A DNA stretch of 64,000 nucleotides from Christensenellaceae bacterium (GTDB lineage Bacteria; Bacillota; Clostridia; Christensenellales; UMGS416), in NCBI GenBank assembly GCA_963676355.1, contig OY781093.1, positions 1,463,010-1,527,009 on the forward strand, read 5' to 3'. The notes beneath the pieces are model-generated. The model ran no database searches. It had not been told where the DNA came from and was given only the letters and a program-made list of their open reading frames with translations. Shown here in pieces: positions 1 through 9,546 of this stretch; position 1 is the first letter of the stretch; each line of letters begins with the position of its first letter. The position numbers were made by a program, and so were the translations under genes.

Positions 1-435
1 TGCTTGTCCAGGACCTTGTGCGTATCCAAGCGGCAAAAGCATTCCAGATGCAGGAAAGAGCTCTGGCAAAATGGTGTAGAAAAGCAAAAGAGAAACTGCA
101 AGACCAACGATTGCCTGAATGGCATAAGTATTGATGATTGCAAAACCCGTGTTTGATATTGCTCGGCTTTTCTTTTTCTTTCGCTCTTTTAATGCAAGCG
201 ATATAAAGCCCACACCCATTAAGTGATACACTAGTTTTTCAAGGAAAGAGCGGTCAAATAGTTCGATAGAAAAACCAAACTCGAAAAGAGCACTTAGTCC
301 TAATCCCATGAAACCGGCTATCATTGAAACCGGTAAGAGATGCTTCTGCAGGAATTTAAAATTCAGCTTTATGACTGTTGCAATCCCCAAAAGAGACAGC
401 AAAACCAAAAACTGAAACATGTTTCCCCAATCCAT
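1..435 (-). CDS. sodium/glutamate symporter (GltS-family) membrane protein, N-terminal portion; the gene continues past the window start
   Basis: Minus-strand frame is open from the ATG at 433-435 (MDWGNMFQFLVLLSLLGIATV...) to position 1 with no stop. A GGAGG RBS lies 7 nt upstream. The product has hydrophobic helices and an LPLGYAQGPGQA loop resembling GltS. It is missing from the ORF track because it is truncated by the window edge. Confidence 0.45.
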   Translation of the reverse strand, partial: MDWGNMFQFLVLLSLLGIATVIKLNFKFLQKHLLPVSMIAGFMGLGLSALFEFGFSIELFDRSFLEKLVYHLMGVGFISLALKERKKKKSRAISNTGFAIINTYAIQAIVGLAVSLLLFYTILPELFPASGMLLPLGYAQGPGQA

Positions 436-458
436 AAAAATACCTCCGAATAATTTAT

Positions 459-1646
459 TTATAATTCCGTATACAGCTTCCATTTGTATGCGTTTTTCTT
501 ATCTGGGAATACAAATAAATACATAATCCCATCATAGTTAAACTCAAAAGAACAGTTTTTTTGAATGTTGCATCCCCACAATTTATCTATAGGGAACTCG
601 AGTATTTCTTCACCTTCAAAAATAATTTTATTTTTGTACAATTTTAATGTGCCGTGATCCTTTTCTTCAAGTTTTTCATAAGAACTTGAAGAGACGCTAG
701 ACATGGCTATATTCGAGTCTTCAAATACTATATCTTCATCATCTGATGATTCTTTTAATTTGTTAAGCTCATCTTTTTGCCACTTGCTCCATTCGGCAAG
801 GTTAACAAAATGCTCACATGTGAGTTTTGCGTAGTTATCATATGTGGCACTGTAGCCGCAACTGCATTGCAATGTGTAGCTTGATGAGGTCATTGTCCCA
901 ATATTGTGGCAGGAAGGACACATAAATACCATTCTTTCCAAGCCTTCTGCGGGATCCTTGTATTTGAAATATGTTTTATTTTCTTCTAGATACTTATGCT
1001 CGTTATATGTGAGTTCATTTTTTATGACATCAAAAATTTCATCTGCTTTTTTTGACTTTATTTCATCGGTTGTCAGTATAGTTTTATATTCAACTAAAAC
1101 ATTTCCTGTGCGGACATCGTTGCTCCATCTTGGCTGCGCAGAAAAGCCGCCTTTTGTAATTGCGGATACTACGGGAATTTTAAGTGATTTCACAAGCGTA
1201 GAAATTGATTCGAGAATATTTGCAGTTGCACCATCCCAGTTTCTTCTGCCTTCAGGGAAAATGCCTATTATATGTCCGTTCTCTTTTGCTTTAAAAAGCT
1301 TTCTTACAGCCTTTATATCATTTGAAAACTTTTTCTTAGGGATGAAATGAACCCAGTTCATGACTTTGCCCAGCAAACCTTTTGGACCCATCCTGAACAA
1401 TCTTTCATTCACAACAAATCTTATAATTCTGTTTGCATAATATTGGTGTATGAGTGCATCGTAATTATTAACGTGATTGCCGATGAGAATAAATGAGCCT
1501 TTAGCTCTAAGATTGGAAAGGCCATTTGCCTTTGATTTAAATAATATTTTTGATATATATGGTCCAAATGTTATTTTATACAGTCCTAACATTAATGGAT
1601 GTATTAATGTTTGAAAGATATTGTTGCCGCGTTTGTTTTTCTTCAT
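459..1646 (-). CDS. PlsC/LPLAT-family acyltransferase (1-acyl-sn-glycerol-3-phosphate acyltransferase-like) with a C-terminal Cys4 zinc ribbon
   Basis: It carries the HX4D motif (GNHVNNYD) and FPEGRR motif of lysophospholipid acyltransferases. The C-terminus has CPSCH...CSCG cysteine pairs. It is paralogous to the ORF at 52329-53582. Confidence 0.75.
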   Translation of the reverse strand: MKKNKRGNNIFQTLIHPLMLGLYKITFGPYISKILFKSKANGLSNLRAKGSFILIGNHVNNYDALIHQYYANRIIRFVVNERLFRMGPKGLLGKVMNWVHFIPKKKFSNDIKAVRKLFKAKENGHIIGIFPEGRRNWDGATANILESISTLVKSLKIPVVSAITKGGFSAQPRWSNDVRTGNVLVEYKTILTTDEIKSKKADEIFDVIKNELTYNEHKYLEENKTYFKYKDPAEGLERMVFMCPSCHNIGTMTSSSYTLQCSCGYSATYDNYAKLTCEHFVNLAEWSKWQKDELNKLKESSDDEDIVFEDSNIAMSSVSSSSYEKLEEKDHGTLKLYKNKIIFEGEEILEFPIDKLWGCNIQKNCSFEFNYDGIMYLFVFPDKKNAYKWKLYTEL

Positions 1647-1773
1647 GTTAACTTCCCTATATATGAAAAATATAATATCCTAAATATGATAACATACAAA
1701 CAATGCATTTAACAGCCATTAAAGTCATAATGGCTCTAAATTCATAGAGTTTTAAAAGTCACAATATTGTTGA

Positions 1774-2271
1774 TTATTTCAGTAAAACATTAAGGAAATT
1801 ATCAAATCTTTCTTTGCTGAAGGGTTCTTTGCCCGGGTTTGAACCTTGAACGCAATAACATTTCCCATAGATGCCGCCGTTGTCTGAAAGTATTTTCTTA
1901 AATTTTGACTTAATTTTATTTATAGCACTAAGCTCTGGATCTGCCTGACATGCAAAAAGAGTCACATTTTTGTCGCTTAGGTCAACACCATAAAGAACTG
2001 TGTTTATTGCGGGGGCTGTTTTGCTTGCCCAGACGGGGGAGACAAGAACAATATCATCATAGGGGCGAAATTTTTCCTTAACGTCGACTTTCAGCTTACT
2101 TTTTTTGTTAAAAAAAGCTTCTCTGCCGCATTTTAAAAATCCAAATACATTGTTTTTTCTGGGCGTTTCTTCTTCAAGCTCGAAAAGCTCACAATCGTAT
2201 TTTTCTGAAAGAGCTTGAGCCAAAGCTTTGCAGTTACCGTCTTTTGAGTAAAATGCTACTATTTTCTTCAT
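1774..2271 (-). CDS. flavodoxin-family protein
   Basis: The product starts MKKIVAFYS...SPVWA, an FMN-binding flavodoxin-like fold. The likely start is the internal ATG at 2271, preceded by a GGAGG RBS. The ORF-track start at 2286 adds 5 residues. Confidence 0.6.
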   Translation of the reverse strand: MKKIVAFYSKDGNCKALAQALSEKYDCELFELEEETPRKNNVFGFLKCGREAFFNKKSKLKVDVKEKFRPYDDIVLVSPVWASKTAPAINTVLYGVDLSDKNVTLFACQADPELSAINKIKSKFKKILSDNGGIYGKCYCVQGSNPGKEPFSKERFDNFLNVLLK

Positions 2272-2424
2272 AATCCGCCTCCGCACTTTTATGATTTAAT
2301 TGTAGCATAACGTGGACAAAATAGACAGAATGAGTGTATAATACATTAATAAATTCAGCATATTAACTGGTTGGTTAATTTTATTTTATACCTGAAAATA
2401 ACAGCAAAGAGTGAAATTGAAATT

Positions 2425-3639
2425 ATGACATTAAAAAAAGTTGGCTTGGTTATACCGGAAGTGTTATTGCCGGGGAAAGATTATGAAACATGGGCAGTTG
2501 TGGCTTGTGATCAATATACTTCACAAAAAGAAGTGTGGGATGAGATGGAAAAGAAAGTCGGCGACAAGCCGTCTACTTTAAGGCTCATGCTGCCTGAGGT
2601 ATATCTTGAGGACAGTGATGTCGATAAACGCAGAAAAGAGATAAACGCCACGATGCATAATTATCTTGAGGACGGAGTATTTGGTGAAACTGTAAACTCC
2701 ATGATATATGTTGAACGTGAAACCACTTCGGGAACAAGGCTTGGCCTTGTGGCAGCTGTCAATCTGGATGAGTACGATTACTCAGCTGACAGCACAGCTC
2801 TTATTCGCTCAACAGAAGAGACGATTGCCGACAGGCTCCCACCGCGCGTTGAGATACGCATGCAGGCAGAGCTAGAATTACCGCATATAATGATATTAAT
2901 TGATGACAGTGAGCACACGGTGCTTGAGTCTATATCCGACAGTGTGAGCGAAAGTGATAAGCTGTATGATTTTGACCTAATGACAAATGGCGGACATATA
3001 AAGGGATATAAAGTCGGCGTTGACAAGGCAGAAGACATCGCAGAAAAGCTAAACGCACTGAAGATAAAAAATGATGGGCTCTTATATGCGATGGGAGACG
3101 GAAATCATTCTCTTGCTACGGCAAAAGAATGCTGGGAAAAGCAGAAAAGAGAAGGTGTTTTAAACGAAAAAGCCAAATATGCTTTGGTTGAGATAGTAAA
3201 TCTGCACGATGATGCTTTGGAGTTTGAACCTATCCATAGAGTGCTGTATAATTTAGAAGATAATGCACGTGATGAGTTTGAAGAAATACTGAAAGAAATT
3301 GCAGGCGAAAAAGGGCGAGCAAAAGTAGGATATATGTTCCAAGGCAGTGAGGGCAACTTCATGATTCCGGGGGATAAACTCAGCGTTGTATACATTGAAG
3401 AAGCGGTTGAAAAGTTTTTGGCTAAAAACCCTGATGCACGTGTTGATTATGTGCATGGAGATGATGTTGTTTTGGAGCTGGGCAAAAGCAATGGAACTTT
3501 AGCTATTACACTTCCGCCATTCGACAAGAACCTGCTTTTTAAAACAGTGGGACAATCAGGACAGCTCCCGCGAAAAAGCTTTTCGATGGGACATGCACAA
3601 GACAAGCGATATTACATAGAGTGCAGGAAGATTAGATAA
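2425..3639 (+). CDS. DUF1015-family protein (conserved, function unknown)
   Basis: The protein matches the DUF1015 pattern (EGVFGE...RLGLVAAVNLDEYDY...GDGNHSLATAK). The likely start is the ATG at 2425. The ORF-track start is at 2371. Confidence 0.7.
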   Translation: MTLKKVGLVIPEVLLPGKDYETWAVVACDQYTSQKEVWDEMEKKVGDKPSTLRLMLPEVYLEDSDVDKRRKEINATMHNYLEDGVFGETVNSMIYVERETTSGTRLGLVAAVNLDEYDYSADSTALIRSTEETIADRLPPRVEIRMQAELELPHIMILIDDSEHTVLESISDSVSESDKLYDFDLMTNGGHIKGYKVGVDKAEDIAEKLNALKIKNDGLLYAMGDGNHSLATAKECWEKQKREGVLNEKAKYALVEIVNLHDDALEFEPIHRVLYNLEDNARDEFEEILKEIAGEKGRAKVGYMFQGSEGNFMIPGDKLSVVYIEEAVEKFLAKNPDARVDYVHGDDVVLELGKSNGTLAITLPPFDKNLLFKTVGQSGQLPRKSFSMGHAQDKRYYIECRKIR

Positions 3640-3660
3640 AAGGCGCTTTGCGCTTAAAAT

Positions 3661-4983
3661 ATGGAGGATCAATTGACTAAGGTTGCAAAATTCGGAGGAA
3701 CATCGCTGGCGGATGCCGAGCAGTTTAAAAAAGTGCATGATATTCTTGTTGCCGACAAAGATATATTGGTGGCTGTGCCATCGGCACCGGGAAAACGGAA
3801 CCCAAGCGATATAAAAGTGACAGATATGCTCATTGCATGCCATGAGAAGGCAAAAGGCGGGGAAGATTTTCGCGCGGATATGGATGCAGTCGGTGCACGT
3901 TATGACGAGATTATAAAAGGTTTAGGCTTGTCTCTTGATATGAGTGCGGACATAGATACTGTCTATAGCGACATGAAAAACGGCGCAAGCGAGGCATATG
4001 TTAAATCAAGGGGAGAATATTTATCTGGCGTTATGCTTGCAAAATATCTCGATTGGAAGTTTATAGATCCCGCCGATGTTATTAAGTTTGACGAGGAAGG
4101 CAGCCTTGACACCGAGCTTACATATAAGCTTATTGCTCAACAGTGTAATGGAGAAAAAAGCGTACTTCCGGGATTTTTCGGAAGTGATACAGATGGCGAG
4201 ATTATAACATTTTCTAGAGGCGGAAGCGATGTTACAGGCTCTTTGGCTGCGGTTGCAATAAAGGCTGACATCTATGAGAACTGGACGGATGTTTCAGGCT
4301 TTTTCATGACAGATCCAAGGGTTGTGGAAGGTGTGAAGCATATTGAGCAGATTTCATATGAAGAGCTTCGAGAGCTTTCATACATGGGTGCCGGTGTTTT
4401 GCATGAAAATGCAATCTTTCCTGTTCGGGAGAAAAGCATTCCGATACACATAAAAAACACAAACAGTCCTCAGGACAAAGGTACGGCAATTGTTCCACAG
4501 AAAATGCTTAAAATGCATGGCTTTCCTATTACGGGGATTGCGGGCAAGAAAGGTTTTTCTGTAATAAGCATAAATAAAAGCTCCATGAACAGCGAACTAG
4601 GCTTTGCGCGAAAGATACTCACTGTGCTTGAAGAAAATGATATTTCATTTGAGCATATGCCTTCGGGAATTGATACGATTTCGGTTGTGATTGCTGACGA
4701 ATATTTGGCAGACAAACAAGAAAAGGTGATAACTGAGATTAAAAAGGCGGTAAAGCCGGATATAATTGAGATTATACCCGATATGGCACTTATAGCTACA
4801 TGCGGACACGGCATGGTTCATCATCAAGGAACAGCAGCTAAGCTTTTTTCATCTCTTGCAAAAGCAGGAGTAAATATCAGGATGATAGATCAGGGTTCAA
4901 GCGAGCTTAACATAATAGTTGGAATAGAATCTTCGGATTATGAGAAGGCGATAACAGCAATTTACAACGAGTTTGTACAATAA
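3661..4983 (+). CDS. aspartate kinase (aspartokinase) with C-terminal ACT domains
   Basis: The N-terminus has the VAKFGGTSLADAE aspartokinase signature and the amino-acid-kinase fold. The C-terminus has tandem ACT-like regulatory domains. An alternative TTG start at 3673 sits behind a GGAGGA RBS. Confidence 0.85.
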   Translation: MEDQLTKVAKFGGTSLADAEQFKKVHDILVADKDILVAVPSAPGKRNPSDIKVTDMLIACHEKAKGGEDFRADMDAVGARYDEIIKGLGLSLDMSADIDTVYSDMKNGASEAYVKSRGEYLSGVMLAKYLDWKFIDPADVIKFDEEGSLDTELTYKLIAQQCNGEKSVLPGFFGSDTDGEIITFSRGGSDVTGSLAAVAIKADIYENWTDVSGFFMTDPRVVEGVKHIEQISYEELRELSYMGAGVLHENAIFPVREKSIPIHIKNTNSPQDKGTAIVPQKMLKMHGFPITGIAGKKGFSVISINKSSMNSELGFARKILTVLEENDISFEHMPSGIDTISVVIADEYLADKQEKVITEIKKAVKPDIIEIIPDMALIATCGHGMVHHQGTAAKLFSSLAKAGVNIRMIDQGSSELNIIVGIESSDYEKAITAIYNEFVQ

Positions 4984-4994
4984 CGGGGGATATT

Positions 4995-7900
4995 TTGGGA
5001 AGCGTAAAAAGAGTTTTTGTTGAAAAAAAGAGCGGATTTGATGGTGAGCGTAAGCATCTTCTTTCAAACCTTAAAAGACAGCTGCACATTGACGGATTAA
5101 AATCTGTAAGGATTTTTATTCGTTATGATGTTCAGGGGCTTGATGACAAGCAATTTAATCTGGCGGTAAAAAATGTTTTTTCTGAACCGCCCATGGATAA
5201 TGTATACATAGAAGAGTTGCCCAAAGCAGAGGGTGACTTTTTTGCTGTGGAATACCTTCCTGGACAATATGACCAGCGTGCGGATTCTGCTGCTCAATGC
5301 ATAGAGTTTCTAACGCAGTCTGAAAAGCCACAGATACGCTGCGCTACTGTGTATCTTGTAAACAGCGGTTTGAGCGACGATGAGCTTAAGGCAATCAAAA
5401 ACTACATCATAAATCCTGTAGACTCGCACGAAGCGGTGCTTGAAAAATATGATAACCTTGATATGGAAACATTTGAGCCGGATGATGTCGAGGTGATGGA
5501 AGGATTTACACTGCTTTCTGATGAAGAAATATCCGCATTAAGAGATGAGCTTGGTCTTGCAATGAGCAGTGATGACTTAAAATTTGTGCGCGATTATTTT
5601 AAACAGCAAAAGCGCGAGCCGAAAATAACAGAGATAAAAGTTATTGACACCTATTGGTCAGACCACTGCAGGCACACTACGTTTCTTACACAGCTGGGAG
5701 AGATAGAAATAGAAGATTCACCTGCTTTGGCAAGAGCAAAAGAAGCTTTGAAAAGCTACCACGAAGCACGTGACTTTGTATATGGCAAAATGAAGGCTGA
5801 CCGTCCTGTTTCGCTCATGGACATAGCGACTATGGGGGTAAGGCTTTTAAAGCGAAAAGGATTGATTCCTGACCTTGACGAAAGCGAGGAAGTAAACGCC
5901 TGCTCTATAAAGATAGATGTGGATGTGAACGGCGAGATTCAGCCATATCTTCTTATGTTTAAAAACGAAACCCATAACCACCCGACAGAGATAGAGCCGT
6001 TTGGTGGGGCTGCAACATGCTTGGGGGGTGCTATACGCGATCCGCTTTCCGGCAGAAGCTATGTATATCAGGCAATGCGAGTTACAGGCGGTTCAGATCC
6101 ACGCGTGGATGTTAAAGACACTATTGAAGGAAAACTTCCACAGCGCACGATTTCAACAGTTGCGGCAAAGGGATATTCATCATACGGAAACCAGATTGGG
6201 CTTGCAACAGGTCAGGTCAGCGAGATATATGACGATGGATTTATGGCAAAGCACATGGAGATAGGTGCGGTTATAGCGGCAGCTCCTGCAGAAAATGTGG
6301 TGCGCGAGCGGCCACAACCGGGTGATGTCATCGTGCTTTTGGGTGGACGCACCGGACGCGACGGAATAGGTGGGGCTACAGGCTCTTCTAAAGCACACGA
6401 TGTTGAGTCAATTGACACATGTGGCGCAGAAGTGCAAAAAGGAAATCCCCCCACAGAGCGCAAAATACAAAGGCTTTTCAGAAACTTCGAAGTTTCAAAA
6501 ATGATAATTCGTTGCAATGATTTCGGTGCAGGCGGAGTGTGTGTTGCAATAGGCGAACTTTCAGACTCGCTGGAAATCGACCTTGATAAGGTGCGCAAAA
6601 AGTATGAAGGCTTGGATGGAACAGAGATTGCCATAAGCGAATCTCAAGAGCGCATGGCAGTTGTTATAAAACCTGAAAGTGTCAAAAGGTTTATCGAGCT
6701 TTCAGATGAAGAAAACCTTGAAGCATATACAGTGGCAAAAGTCACTGACACCGGCAGGTTGATAATGAAATGGCGCGGCAATGAAATCTTAAACATTGAG
6801 CGCAGTTTCCTTGATACAAACGGAATGCCACAGTATTCAAATGCGAAGATTATGTCTCCTGATGAAAGCATATCTCCATTTAGCCAAAAACCTCAACAGG
6901 GAAGTGTTGAGCAACGCTGGATAGATGCCATAAGCGGTATAAATGCCTGCTCACAGAGAGGGCTGTCTGAAATGTTTGACTCGACAATTGGAGCAGGCAC
7001 TGTAATCATGCCATTTGGCGGTGTATATCAGCTGACACCTGCTCAGGCGATGGCGTCTAAAATACCTGTTTTGGACGGTGAGACAAACACATGCTCTGTG
7101 ATGGCATATGGATATGAACCTAAGATAGCAAGATACAGCCCATTCCATGGCGGCGTGTATGCTGTGATAGAAAGTCTTTTGCGCATGGCGTGTGCAGGTG
7201 CTGACGTAAGCGGAGCAAGGCTTACATTTCAAGAATATTTTGAACGTTTACGCGATGATATAACTCGTTGGGGAAAACCGGCAGCTGCTTTGCTTGGGGC
7301 GTATGAAGCACAGTGCGCTTTGAATGCACCTTCAATAGGAGGAAAAGATTCAATGTCCGGATCATTTGAAGATTTGGATGTGCCACCTGTTCTTTGCTCT
7401 TTTGCGGTGACTACGGCAAAGGCGAGTGACATAATTTCAGCAGAATTTAAAAGAAAAGATAGCACTTTGGTGCTTATAAACTTGCCAGTAGATGAAAATA
7501 ACTTGCCAAACTATGAGGAGTTTTCAGACATGTGTGCAAAGATTTCAAAAGCAGTAAGAAAAGGCAGAGTGCTTGCTGCGCATACGATAGGCGCAGGCGG
7601 ACTTGCGGCCGCACTTACAAAGATGAGTGTTGGAAACAAGATTGGCGCTGAACTTTTTGTTGATGAGGATGATATATTCAAGCCTCACTGGTCAAGTGTG
7701 GTAGCAGAGGTTAAAAGCGGAGAAGTGCCTGACACTGCTGTATGCGGACTGGACTATGATGTGATTGGTATCACAAATGACAGCGGAATGATAACCGCAT
7801 GTGACATGAAGCTTGCAGTTGATGAAGCTGTAGATATACTACAGGGTACACTGGAGGATGTATATCCTGTAAAAGAGGAAGTGGATGATAGCGAAATAAA

Positions 7901-8750
7901 ATCTGTGATATATACTGGCGGCACAGCGAAAAAAGCGGGACTTTCGATTGCAAAGCCGCGTGTTTTTATCCCCGTATTCCCAGGAACTAACACCGAATAT
8001 GACACTGCAGCAGCATTTGAGCGCGCAGGCGCAAAAGCTGATGTGTTGATTATTAAAAATCTTCTTCCCGAGCATATTGAAGAGACGCTTTCAAAGATGA
8101 AGGCTATGATAGACAATGCGCAAATATTGATGCTGCCCGGCGGATTTTCCGCGGGTGACGAGCCTGAAGGGTCGGCTAAGTTTATCGCTGCGGCACTGCG
8201 TGCGCCAAGGATAAAAGATGCTGTTATGAATCTTCTAAAAAATCGCGACGGACTTGCACTTGGAATTTGCAACGGTTTCCAAGCACTTATTAAAACAGGG
8301 CTTGTGCCATATGGAGAGATACGCGATGCGAAAAAGGATTCGCCTACTTTGACTTTCAACTCGATAGGCCGACATCAAAGCAGGATAGTCCGTACCAAAG
8401 CTGTGAGCAATCTATCACCATGGATGGCAGGCGTTAACACAGGTGATATTATAAGCGTTGCAATATCACATGGAGAAGGACGATTTGTGTGCACAGAAGA
8501 GGAGTTTGAATCATTGTCTAAAAACGGACAGATAGCATGGCAATATGTAGACATGGAGGGCAACCCGACATATGACATAGACTTTAATCCCAATGGTTCA
8601 ATCCACGCTGTAGAAGGAATCACATCGCCTGACGGCCGTGTGATGGGCAAGATGGGGCACAATGAACGCTGGACTGAAAACACATTCCGCAATGTCCCTG
8701 GAGAATATGACAGCGGAATATTCAAATCGGGTGTTAATTACTTTAAATAA
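4995..8750 (+). CDS. purL: phosphoribosylformylglycinamidine (FGAM) synthase, single-chain large form with C-terminal glutaminase
   Basis: The 1251-aa product has PurL N-terminal, linker and AIRS-like domains, and a C-terminal class-I glutamine amidotransferase domain (LGICNGFQAL). The start is TTG behind a GGGGGA RBS, 11 nt after the aspartokinase stop. Confidence 0.95.
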   Translation: MGSVKRVFVEKKSGFDGERKHLLSNLKRQLHIDGLKSVRIFIRYDVQGLDDKQFNLAVKNVFSEPPMDNVYIEELPKAEGDFFAVEYLPGQYDQRADSAAQCIEFLTQSEKPQIRCATVYLVNSGLSDDELKAIKNYIINPVDSHEAVLEKYDNLDMETFEPDDVEVMEGFTLLSDEEISALRDELGLAMSSDDLKFVRDYFKQQKREPKITEIKVIDTYWSDHCRHTTFLTQLGEIEIEDSPALARAKEALKSYHEARDFVYGKMKADRPVSLMDIATMGVRLLKRKGLIPDLDESEEVNACSIKIDVDVNGEIQPYLLMFKNETHNHPTEIEPFGGAATCLGGAIRDPLSGRSYVYQAMRVTGGSDPRVDVKDTIEGKLPQRTISTVAAKGYSSYGNQIGLATGQVSEIYDDGFMAKHMEIGAVIAAAPAENVVRERPQPGDVIVLLGGRTGRDGIGGATGSSKAHDVESIDTCGAEVQKGNPPTERKIQRLFRNFEVSKMIIRCNDFGAGGVCVAIGELSDSLEIDLDKVRKKYEGLDGTEIAISESQERMAVVIKPESVKRFIELSDEENLEAYTVAKVTDTGRLIMKWRGNEILNIERSFLDTNGMPQYSNAKIMSPDESISPFSQKPQQGSVEQRWIDAISGINACSQRGLSEMFDSTIGAGTVIMPFGGVYQLTPAQAMASKIPVLDGETNTCSVMAYGYEPKIARYSPFHGGVYAVIESLLRMACAGADVSGARLTFQEYFERLRDDITRWGKPAAALLGAYEAQCALNAPSIGGKDSMSGSFEDLDVPPVLCSFAVTTAKASDIISAEFKRKDSTLVLINLPVDENNLPNYEEFSDMCAKISKAVRKGRVLAAHTIGAGGLAAALTKMSVGNKIGAELFVDEDDIFKPHWSSVVAEVKSGEVPDTAVCGLDYDVIGITNDSGMITACDMKLAVDEAVDILQGTLEDVYPVKEEVDDSEIKSVIYTGGTAKKAGLSIAKPRVFIPVFPGTNTEYDTAAAFERAGAKADVLIIKNLLPEHIEETLSKMKAMIDNAQILMLPGGFSAGDEPEGSAKFIAAALRAPRIKDAVMNLLKNRDGLALGICNGFQALIKTGLVPYGEIRDAKKDSPTLTFNSIGRHQSRIVRTKAVSNLSPWMAGVNTGDIISVAISHGEGRFVCTEEEFESLSKNGQIAWQYVDMEGNPTYDIDFNPNGSIHAVEGITSPDGRVMGKMGHNERWTENTFRNVPGEYDSGIFKSGVNYFK

Positions 8751-8757
8751 GAATAAC

Positions 8758-8787
8758 AAAAAGGCCTTCTTGCAAGGCCTTTTTTTA
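8758..8787 (+). terminator. rho-independent terminator after purL
   Basis: A GC stem (aaaaaggcc...ggccttttt) followed by a T7 run. Confidence 0.7.
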
Positions 8788-8882
8788 TGAGCAAAATTCA
8801 CTGTTTGTTCAAAAAAAAGTAAACTACTTTTACCACTTTTGTGAGATAATAAAAATGCAATTAATTAATAAGCGAGGTCACT

Positions 8883-9545
8883 ATGAACGACATTATTCAA
8901 TTTACACCTGCGTTTTTTAAAGATTGGCGCGATTTGCAGTTAATTCACAAGTTCGCACTACAAGAGATTGAAACCAAAGTAAACATTTTAAACGAAGAGT
9001 TTCAATATATAAAAGAATATAATCCAATTGAACATATAAAAACCCGTGTCAAGGACAGGGATTCCATAAGAAGAAAACTTAAAAGAAAAGGCTATGAGCC
9101 AAATATAAAAAATGCTGCAAGATATGTTTATGATATCGCAGGTCTTAGGATAATCTGCTCATTTAAAGATGATATATTCACGGTTGCTAAAATGATAGAA
9201 AAGCAAGATGATATTGAGGTCATAAAGATATTAGATTATGTGACACATCCAAAAGCAAATGGATACCAGAGCTATCATATGATTGTAACCATTCCAGTGT
9301 TTTTAAGCACGATTACAGAACGCGTGACAGTGGAGATACAGATTAGGACTTCAGCCATGGATTTTTGGGCCAGCCTTGAGCATAAAATCAACTACAGGTA
9401 TAATAATAAAGCACCACAGGAGCTTTTAACGCGACTGAGTGAGTGTGCAGAGATATCTTCGGAGCTGGATGATAAGATGGCAGGCATCAAAGAGAGCATT
9501 ATTGCAATAAAAGGCTCTGAGATGGATGGAATATTGTTAAGCTAA
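8883..9545 (+). CDS. small alarmone synthetase, (p)ppGpp synthetase of the RelP/RelQ (YjbM/YwaC) type
   Basis: It carries the SAS motifs DIAGLRIIC, GYQSYHMIV and EIQIRTSAMDFWASLEHKINYRY. At 220 aa it is single-domain, with no hydrolase or regulatory domains. Confidence 0.9.
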   Translation: MNDIIQFTPAFFKDWRDLQLIHKFALQEIETKVNILNEEFQYIKEYNPIEHIKTRVKDRDSIRRKLKRKGYEPNIKNAARYVYDIAGLRIICSFKDDIFTVAKMIEKQDDIEVIKILDYVTHPKANGYQSYHMIVTIPVFLSTITERVTVEIQIRTSAMDFWASLEHKINYRYNNKAPQELLTRLSECAEISSELDDKMAGIKESIIAIKGSEMDGILLS

Positions 9546-9546
9546 T

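Noticed and set aside
904-1350. 148-aa plus-strand ORF lying inside the acyltransferase gene. Many similar antisense or embedded ORFs occur at 2778-3038, 3105-3456, 4272-4827, 6001-6634, 7754-8359, 11048-11764, 19426-20580, 22519-22716, 24749-25075, 28558-29618, 30413-31186, 40411-40857, 41372-41716, 54731-55141 and 57615-58086.
   Set aside because: They are entirely contained in longer, well-supported genes on the other strand or frame. Their composition is Ser/Leu/Cys-rich and non-protein-like, and they lack RBSs. They are typical shadow ORFs of an AT-rich genome.
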